64,000 nucleotides of DNA from a virus: positions 32,001-96,000 of the IMG/VR virus record IMGVR_UViG_3300030104_006883; one strand, given 5' to 3'. Positions 35,737 to 44,700 of the stretch are shown in pieces (position 1 is the first letter of the stretch; each line of letters starts with the position of its first letter). Under the pieces are notes generated by a model. It saw only the letters and a program-made list of their open reading frames with translations, ran no database searches and was not told where the DNA came from. The position numbers were made by a program, and so were the translations under genes.

Positions 35737-35754
35737 TTTTTTCCTATTTATTTT
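35723..35754 (+). terminator. AT-rich hairpin plus T tract, possible weak intrinsic terminator
   Basis: TAGGAAAAAA-ATAA-TTTTTTCCTA (10-bp perfect stem) followed by TTTATTTT. Confidence 0.45.
35743..35751 (+). promoter_or_regulatory. putative late promoter CCTATTTAT
   Basis: Motif copy; T4 late-promoter spacing puts +1 on the A of ATG 35758 (no SD present). Confidence 0.55.
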
Positions 35755-35757
35755 ACT

Positions 35758-36057
35758 ATGGAAAAAATAGAAGAATATCTAGCTGAATCGGTTACAAACA
35801 TAAGAAGCGATAGGGCATTAGCCCTAACCTTGCTAACCGACATACTAGAAAAGATACAGCTAGCAGAGATGCACAAGGACCTGGGACCTGTTGCTGCGAA
35901 GTATCTAGAGACATTGCAGCGCTCTAACGAACAGTTGGTAAAAGTATCGGCGCTACTCCAGAAGAAGATATCCAGCGGTAAAGACTTATCGTCTTTTGAC
36001 AAAGACGAAATATTCAAATTAATACAGGCCGAGCCGGATGGAAACTTAGACGGATGA
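35758..36057 (+). CDS. helical hypothetical protein, first gene of the structural operon
   Basis: 99-aa ORF, KYLETLQRSNEQLVK; coupled to next gene. Confidence 0.7.
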   Translation: MEKIEEYLAESVTNIRSDRALALTLLTDILEKIQLAEMHKDLGPVAAKYLETLQRSNEQLVKVSALLQKKISSGKDLSSFDKDEIFKLIQAEPDGNLDG

Positions 36058-36698
36058 CAAGCAAATTAAAACAAAGATTAACAGCGCCCATAAACAATTT
36101 ACAGAGAAGAAGAGTTGATAAAAGAAAGCTCGACCCTCTCTCTGCAACTGTTTCCGGTAGGTTGGAACAACTCTCTCAAATAGGAAAAGAAAGAGTTAGC
36201 GAGCAAGCATCTATACCTTTTAGAGAGAGAGGCGTTTTTAAAGCTTTTGTGCTGGCGGTTTTAAGCCCAGAGAAGAATAAAGTCCATCAGAGCAAGATGG
36301 AAAACGAGGTTTTTATGGACCAAGGGGCACCGGCCATAATTTTTAGAATTCCTGAAATGCACGCTTGCCTACCAGCCCCGAGCGACTTAACTACTTTAGA
36401 TGATAAGGATTCTTTTTTAATTGAAGTTCACCCTGTCGCGCTACCCATGAACGATAGTGTTGTTGCACCAAAGGTTGGTGCTATGGTCGATATTATTTAT
36501 GAAGACCCCGTTAACATGATAGGCCCTAGATATGTTGGAGCAGTAAAGGGACAAAGTGCAGAAAAGACTAATATGAACGCCTCAAAAGAAGATAAGGCAA
36601 CAAAAGCGTTTAACTCTAGGTTTTCGGGTGTATCGGTGTCGGATTTTGACGGCGGGATAAATATAGGCGCAAAGATAGCAGATCCGGAGGAAGTGTAA
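36054..36698 (+). CDS. putative baseplate spike OB-fold (gp5 N-terminal-like) protein
   Basis: AIIFRIPE...PKVGAMVDIIYED resembles the gp5/VgrG OB-fold P-x-x-G-x-x-V strand; context. Confidence 0.4.
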   Translation: MTSKLKQRLTAPINNLQRRRVDKRKLDPLSATVSGRLEQLSQIGKERVSEQASIPFRERGVFKAFVLAVLSPEKNKVHQSKMENEVFMDQGAPAIIFRIPEMHACLPAPSDLTTLDDKDSFLIEVHPVALPMNDSVVAPKVGAMVDIIYEDPVNMIGPRYVGAVKGQSAEKTNMNASKEDKATKAFNSRFSGVSVSDFDGGINIGAKIADPEEV

Positions 36699-36702
36699 TA
36701 TT

Positions 36703-37746
36703 ATGGCTGGTAGTGAGGAAAATAAGTCAACATCAAGCAACACTGTTTCGCGAGCAGTGGACTATACGGGTTATGTCACAACAGACCCCAGGGCTCAAAA
36801 AAGAACCTTAAGAAAAATGCGCAAAGACTATCCTGGTCTCGGCGGGTCTTTCATGCCTGAACCGGAACCAAAATATATTAAAACTGAATCCGAACACGTC
36901 ATTAAGGGCAAAAACAACTCTTACATAGTTATGGGGAAAGATCGACCCGGTAGTATTTTTTCTGGCTACGGAGGGGCAGGCAATACGAAATCAAACATGA
37001 TTGATATGGTTGTTGGCAGGATGGGCTATCTCGCTAAAAGTAAATTTAAAGACGGTAAAAATGCTTATGCTGACAATAATTTTATTTATGACGCTGCTAG
37101 AGTTTATATATGTCAAAAAACAAACATAGATACTAATTTCGGACTACAATCATCACCGGGTGCACCAACTCCTATGGACGAAGGTGTCGAGATGCCAAGA
37201 GCGGCTATTGGAATGAAGGCGGACGTTATCAGGATAGTGGGAAGAGAAAACATCCGAATTGTTTCTGGATTCGGCGATGGGACTGAATCTACCATGGAAA
37301 AAGGTAGAAGAAACTCTCTTGGAGGTCGCGTTATGGACGCTGGAGGTATTGACTTGATTGCCAATAACAATACCAACCTAAGAGGCGTTGATATGTCGGC
37401 AGATGTACAACCTCTAGTCAAAGGAAACAATTTGAGGGAATGCATTGACGACCTTTACGAGCAGATAAAAAGCTTGAGTGGGCATTTATCTGAGTTTGTG
37501 GTCAGCCAAACAAAGTTTAACAAGCAAACTATAGAGCACACACATAGGTCGCCGTTTTTTAATGGACCCACCAGGCCATCCGAAAGGCTAGAAAACGTAG
37601 GAAAAGGAATAAATGCGGTTTTGGCCTCATATTTCCAGAGAAAACTAAAAGCACATCAAGTGGTGATGATTAATAATAACAAAACTTATACTGATGCTCT
37701 AATGGGGCAAAAGTATATATGTAGCTATAAGAATCATACCAACTAG
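36703..37746 (+). CDS. putative baseplate central spike protein
   Basis: Short beta-strand repeats (SEHVIKG, SYIVMG, ADVIRIVG, GIDLIA) and a C-terminal HTH (HxH) apex-like motif. Confidence 0.5.
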   Translation: MAGSEENKSTSSNTVSRAVDYTGYVTTDPRAQKRTLRKMRKDYPGLGGSFMPEPEPKYIKTESEHVIKGKNNSYIVMGKDRPGSIFSGYGGAGNTKSNMIDMVVGRMGYLAKSKFKDGKNAYADNNFIYDAARVYICQKTNIDTNFGLQSSPGAPTPMDEGVEMPRAAIGMKADVIRIVGRENIRIVSGFGDGTESTMEKGRRNSLGGRVMDAGGIDLIANNNTNLRGVDMSADVQPLVKGNNLRECIDDLYEQIKSLSGHLSEFVVSQTKFNKQTIEHTHRSPFFNGPTRPSERLENVGKGINAVLASYFQRKLKAHQVVMINNNKTYTDALMGQKYICSYKNHTN

Positions 37747-37755
37747 GGCATTATA

Positions 37756-38703
37756 ATGAGTACGATAGTAATAGAAGAAGAAGTAGATGCAAGAGATTAC
37801 GACACGGAGATGTCGGCACTCGATACAGTGCAGGGCGAAGAATTTGTGGATCTGTCTATAGCTGGTGAGCCTTTGAACATTTATGAAATCTTAATACTCA
37901 TTTGTCAAAGGGGGCAAAATAAAGTGGATGACAGAGGTACGGCGACTCATTTCCATAAAAAAGGCCCAAGCGGCAGAGGCAAACCAGCAAAGGCCAAATA
38001 TCCTACAGGTCTTAAAGACAACCCTATTAGGTTGAAGGTACACGCTGCTACCGCTGAAATGACAAGACAATTTTTAAGCGTCGCAACCGATAGACGCGTC
38101 ATTTATGTACCACAGCATGGAGGACTGAGGCCTCATAAAACGTTGGCCAAGGGAGAGGTAGACACGCACGGATCGGGCATAGCTTGGGACCACGGAGACT
38201 ATAGAAAAATTTCTCCACCTGCGGCACCTACTTTCTTTTACTCCGATAACAACTCTGCTCTTACGACAAGGCAACTTGTTGCAGCAGTCGCGGTCTTATG
38301 CGACCAAGGTGTTTTGCCGGAAGGCAGGTTAGGATTTTATGGCACCAAGCATGTCATCAATAACATGCATTATGATTTTCTTTTTTGGAAAAAACAAAAT
38401 AGTAGTCTTTTTAAAAAGATTGATAATAGAACGATGACGGGCGGATCTGTATCTGGTTGGTATTGGCACAATAAAAAGAAGGTTTTAAGCTTTCCAAAAG
38501 CCAACTCTATGCAAGACAATCTACAATGGGTAAAGAAAAATAGACCAAAAAATAAAAGTATAGATGAAATTTTAGATCTTTATTCAACATATTCTAATGT
38601 ATTACAAGGTAACAAAATAATTACATTAGAAGAATACCTTAGCTACCTGGAAGAGCGAGAAGCAAATGCAAATTCATGGGTGAAAATGAAGAAAATAACC
38701 TAA
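37756..38703 (+). CDS. peptidase M15-like (zinc D-Ala-D-Ala/L,D-endopeptidase) cell-wall hydrolase
   Basis: GGLR, H-x6-D (HGSGIAWD), and GFY...MHYD second zinc motif. Confidence 0.6.
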   Translation: MSTIVIEEEVDARDYDTEMSALDTVQGEEFVDLSIAGEPLNIYEILILICQRGQNKVDDRGTATHFHKKGPSGRGKPAKAKYPTGLKDNPIRLKVHAATAEMTRQFLSVATDRRVIYVPQHGGLRPHKTLAKGEVDTHGSGIAWDHGDYRKISPPAAPTFFYSDNNSALTTRQLVAAVAVLCDQGVLPEGRLGFYGTKHVINNMHYDFLFWKKQNSSLFKKIDNRTMTGGSVSGWYWHNKKKVLSFPKANSMQDNLQWVKKNRPKNKSIDEILDLYSTYSNVLQGNKIITLEEYLSYLEEREANANSWVKMKKIT

Positions 38704-38718
38704 AGGATTATATATTTT

Positions 38719-41700
38719 ATGGCGAAGAAAATAAAAGGTTTGACCATTCCAGTATCGCTCTATTGGACGACTGAAAAGAGTTTTGTTGACAGCGACAACA
38801 AGAGAAGGCTTTCCGAAGAGCTACAGAGCATTATAAGAAAAAAAGCTGCTGATATATTAGATTCGGAATACAGCCTATCCCCAGGAGCTTATTTTGATTT
38901 ATCCAATGGTACCGCGTTCTTGCTCCCCTCAGCTAAAAGCAAAAAGAGCTTTTCTTACCAGCCCGCCACCTCTGAAATGCAAGTTAAGGTTTTCTTACCT
39001 TCAAGCAAGGTTAAGAGTTTAGGAATTACTAAGAAATCTGACTTACCTACGACTTATTTGTTTGATTCTACCGATTATCTTATTTTAGTTTTTGATGAGT
39101 CGTTTAGCGATAGCTCTCCAATAATGAAAAAGTTTGAAGAGTTTAAGGCCATTTTGAAATCGATGGTAGATACGGCGGACAAGTTTGGTGTAGACCTTTA
39201 TAAAGAAAAGTATATCCTAGAAAATTTTGACGCTTGGACTTCAGGAGTTAGGGACGACATACAAGAATTTTATAAACAAAAAAAACAAAGTGCCCAACAG
39301 ACAGGGTTTGCCAGTCTATACGACATGGGTCCGGTTATTCCTATCCTGGGAATAACTTTCCCAAACACAAAAAATATTAACGACTACAGGTCCGAATTGG
39401 CCGAGTCGGTTCCTACGCTCGGCCAATTTATGGACACACTACCCGGCCTGGCACCGGGACAGACAGCCCGAAGCCTTAGTGAGGAAGAATCTAAAGAGTT
39501 TGAGATTACTCGAAACAGAGAGGTAAATTTAAATAATGATGATTATGTAGCAAAGATTGGTTTTAAAAAAAATCACTTCGGCTTTACTTTCATAAAGAGC
39601 ATTCCAGAAGATGCGGTTAGATTTGGAGAGGCTGAATTCGAAGCTCAATTTGCTTTGAGCGCAAATCCTTTAAGTGAGGAGGAGTTGAAAGAACTCGAAA
39701 TCCCGCCCGCGCAGGCTGGAGATGCTGAAACACTTGCCAATAATCAATTATTAAACCCTACTCCAAAAAGAACTCAAAATACTATTGGCGGCGAATATTA
39801 TCCAACGTTTGTAAATTACATTAGAAACATGAACGAGATAATAAAAGAGTATCCTGCACAAAGTGATGATGTTTATGGAGTGGATAGGCAGGTAGACTTG
39901 ATGCCGTTCTTGGAGATGTATCACTATCCACAAGACATACCGCTAAAAGACTTAGAAAAGATAGGCAGGTCTTTCGATGAAGCAGAAGAGAATTATAAGA
40001 CCGCTGCACAAGTAGACACAGAAAACAAAGAGCTACACGTTCTCAACGCGAAAATAGCAGACAAACTTCATAATCAAGTGGTCAACGCACCGTTTACACG
40101 ACAAGACGCGGCAGACACACTAAAAGAAAATGGCGGCTTGCATGGCGCTTATGGTTCTCTGATGCAAGATGGGTTTAATTTTGATTCATTAAATTATGAG
40201 TATGATGTGCCCTGGCTAAGTTATCCTGGCAACTCTAAAATTAGACCATCCCACATTATTAGCGATTCGATAGTTTCTCAAATAAGTTCTGGAAAAATGT
40301 TGTCTAGAATTAAGACAATCAAAGACATAGAAAATCTGATTGTTAAGCGATTAACAATTAGAGATCTTTTGATCATGGCACTAACTTGTGCCGATAGGTA
40401 CGGTACCCCGAACATCAATGTTCTGGAAAGAATTGATAAGTTCTTGATGGCCCTTGGTAACACAAGAGTAATGCCTGCTTTTAGAAAGACCACTCCAATT
40501 GGAGATTTCTGGGTGGATTTCACGGATCAGATCGAAGGGGTCATTAAAGAAACTGTAGAAAAAGCGATAGTCGAGTTCTTTAAGCAAACCTTGGTGATGA
40601 TAGCTTCTTGTAACGTCGAGGGGGTTGGGAAGCAATTTAAAAAAGGCACAGCCGATCTTGGAAACTTTTTAACAAACAAAGACGGCGCTCTTCTAAAGTT
40701 TGCTGATGATGTTTTAACCAAGTCTCTACAGAAAACACCTAATTCTCAAAATTTACTTAGAACTAAGAATGAGTTGGAAAGAATAGCTAAAATTGTTACC
40801 ACAAATACAACTCCGCTAGAATTAAGAGAATGTCTCCAAGGAAACGCAAGCGACGCTGTGATCGCTGCGATAGCGGAAGGGCTTGGTAGGGAACTTGGCT
40901 TTAACGCCGAGAAGTCTGCTGTTGAATCATCTTTAAAGCAAATGGGCAGAGAGGATTGTGATTTAGCACTATTAGATGAAAGAATTGAGGAATATGCACT
41001 AGAGACAGCAGATACTAGCACGGAGCTTTGTGCGGACTTCAAAAGGCAACTTAAAGAAAAATATTCAAACTATGATGATAATTTACTAGAAGAAATTATT
41101 GGCAGCTTGCCGGATAAGGACCCAGAAACTGCACTTGCGTTCGATCCGGAATTCGCTTTGCAACCTTGCGAGCTTTTAAAAATCCCTGACCCTGCTGGTG
41201 ATTTTATGAACCAGAGCGCATACGAAAGTGCGTTTACCAGCGTGAAGACTAAATTTACTTTTGAATTAAATGCTTTTCCAATTTTCCTACTTGATTCGGG
41301 CGCTGTAAGAAAGCTAAATATTAAAACTGATTTGGTCGAAATTGATGATGGCACGTTTATGCCAACCATGACTTCTAACAAGGGGGCGCTTGAAGATAAC
41401 AGCTTGGGGTTATTGAAGGAATACAAAAAACTTCTTGATGACGACACCCGCGCTTTAGTACAGGTTGTCTCTAGCGATTCTAGGCAGGATGTAAAATACA
41501 ACGCAGCTAATCCTAAAGCTACAACTCTTCTGATGGAAAATCCTAATATTCCTCCTGTTCTTCTAAAAATTCTTGAAGACCTAGCTGCTGAAGAACCTGA
41601 TGCAGTGGCAAACTTGTCTTTGAAAAAGAAGGTCAATTCTCAAGATTTGAAAAATTCTAATATTGTTGATGGCTTAGAGTATGATAAAGAGATTATACTT

Positions 41701-44700
41701 AGGAACAAGGTTTATGCTAATCTTTCTCCTGTAGGTATTAGCCAACAGCTTATTTCTGTAACAGGATTGCAATCTATAGAAATAGACAATCTTAAAGAGA
41801 CACTTTCTCTTAGAATTTCTAGCCCACCTCCTAATAAACAACTAGAATCTGCAATCAAATCATTCGATAAAGATTTTAAATATCCTAACGTGTTGGCTGC
41901 ATCTTTTGGCTTGATAGAGAACGCTCAACCGACTTCGCAGGCGGAAAGATTTTCACAAGTAGCGACAAAGGGATGGAAAGATATTTTAGGCAAGATTGAC
42001 GATAGCTACACGTCGGCATTTAGGACCGCCATGCGCATTCACTACCCTGTTGCGGTAGATGCTTTCGCTGGCAGATTTTCTAAAAAAGCTAAGTATTCTC
42101 CGTTTTTAATGTCAGATAAGCTAACCACTATGAGTATCTTCGATGACCCTCTATGTCCGACAAAACAAGTTGACTTGTTGGATCTCGCCGCATTAACTGC
42201 GTCGATGGAGACAATTAGAAAAAACTTTATATGCCAAGGCATGGATGAACAAGAGGCACTGCAAAGAGCAATTCAGGCGGGTTTGACTATAACATTTATG
42301 AGGGTGCTAATCTATGAGAAGTTCTTACCATCAATTTTTTACTTCTCTGAGGTGGGGATGGACAACGTTAATAAAGAAATTTATATGGCGTTTATATTCA
42401 GTCTGTTCTGTGCTGAGATCGATGGCGGCGGGGACGATATACTAGGGATTATGGCACAAGCCTCTCGCGACCTTCTTTCCGAAGAAGAAGCAATTGACCT
42501 TTCGAACACTGATGCGCTGAAGCTTTTGTTAGAAAAAACTCTTTACGAAGTTAGCGACAAAGTTAAAGAAAATATACAGACAACCTCCGAATTAGATGTA
42601 AACGCAGAAAAGTTTGGAGAAGTTAGCGATGTGTTATTAAGGAGGATATTGGACACTCCAGTAATTGCAACCTATGGGCCTGTGCAAGATGACTTAAAAA
42701 ACAAACCTCTTACGGACGATACGTTAAAGCTTCAAGGCCGCACAGTATATCCAGAGATACTTAACGTGCCTACTTTTATGAGTGTGTACGAGGACACAGC
42801 CAACCAGGCGCTGGACACTGCGAGATACTTAGCATATACATATAACGGAAAGAAAAACGATGATTTGATAGGGATCTTACAACAAGCATCCAAAGATAAG
42901 ACAATTGATTTAAGCTCTCTAGATGCAGCAATCGCTTTAGCAGATGGAGCGGTGCCTCCTGAGCTTTTTAATAACGAATCCGGCAAGCTTGTCTCTATAG
43001 AAAAGCAATTATTAAAAAACGATATTGACAAAAAATATTTTAAAGAAGGCGGCTTTCTTCTAGAACAGTTCATAGAAGTTCAAACAAAGAAAGGGTTTAG
43101 TCTAAAAGACATTACTAAAGACACGCAGGTTAAAAAGATTAACTTTAACTTAAACCCCCTATTCTCAAATGTATCCGCTGAAGACGCCTTGGCAGAAGGG
43201 GTATATGGTGAAATTAGTGAAGAATCATTTGATTATGTTGATGACTTCTTAGAACTTGCTGGTTCCACTCCGTTGCTGAGCGGCTACGTTGGCCTTGATG
43301 ACTTTTATTCTCTGACAACGATTACACAAAATATAAATGAAGGATTTTCGGAACTTTCTCAAATCGATAAAGATCTTCATAATATGCTAGAAGAATGGAA
43401 GCAATTTAGGTACAGACCAACAGCTATACCAAAACAAGTTTTAGATCTCAACCAAGAATCGGAGATCTTTAAAAACATAAACTCTATAGATGAAAGTGGA
43501 AATATAAATGTTTTTAAAAGCATAAACAGTATTGATGATATTGCTAATACAAACGGTAATTCGCATGTTCCCATTGGAGCACATAGGCTTGTAGCGCCAA
43601 ACACTAGCAAGGCAAAGAAAGGAGCCAATTTTTCTTTTTATATTAGAGGCGATAGCTTAAACAGCGCAAAAAAATCAACAGTAAAATATACTCCAAATTC
43701 TTTGTTAAAGTTTGATGCTGATCTAGATGCTATTGATTGGGCTAAGTGGGAAACTCTTGACTTTGCGGATATTCCGGCAAAGCAGAGTGTGCTATATGAT
43801 ACGGTAGTCTCACTCTATCAAATTATGTTTAAAAAACAAGGCACGAACCTTGACGTCTTCAAAGCAGAATTAATGATGCGTGGATTTGTACCATACACGG
43901 GAGACACTCTGGACACAACAGAGCAAGGCGCTAGTCTCAGCGTTCAAGATAACAATGTTATTGTCGCCCCTGCGGGATATTCTGTAACAGACCCATACCT
44001 ACTAAAAGCTTGGCTTAACGTTGGGTACATACACAAATATCTAAGATCTCTTAAATATCGTGTTGAGTATGAATCAAAATTTACCTGGGAAATTTGGGAA
44101 GACACTGACTACCAAGGTCAAGAAAAAATTATACTAGGAGGTGGGGATATTGATAATCCTACTTCTACTGACGACTGCTATGCTGTGTTTGGAAAAATTT
44201 ATAGCAACCTGTCTAAACTTTTTGGTGATCAAGAAGAACAAAGATTCCACGTAAAGCAGCTAGAATACGATGCTGAAAACGAAAAATGGAGATTATCGTT
44301 TAAAAGCTCCGTAATTCCACGTCTTCTTCTTTACATGGAAAACCTATATCAAGAAGAACTAGGCCTGTTCCCAATCGAAAAAGATCTAATAGAGTACGTT
44401 AAAGATACTGATTTTTCTAATATAAACGAAGCATCTGAAAATATTCTTAGCTTCTTAAATCTACAATATGCCATACCGAAGCCGGAAGAAGGCACGTCGG
44501 AAATGGAGAATTGGCAAGCCATCTTCAACCCAGTCTATGTCACCGTTTCTCTACCTTTTGGTAAGTCTCTTGGCCTTAGCAACGCAGCCACTTTTGGTGA
44601 AATGAATAATAATTTCGTAGAGTTTGATGTTAATACTATGGCACAATCTTTTAAGGACGATGAACTAAAGTTTTCAGCGAACCTAGTAACTTCTTATAAT

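Noticed and set aside
41070-41636. Long minus-strand ORFs inside the giant genes (also 59339..59860 and many shorter ones)
   Set aside because: Ser/Leu/Phe-rich antisense shadows of well-supported plus-strand genes, no RBS or motifs
43468-43539. Degenerate 9-aa tandem repeat FKNINSIDE / FKSINSIDD (45-nt period)
   Set aside because: Only two copies with diverged codons; too small to support a repeat domain or a variable locus
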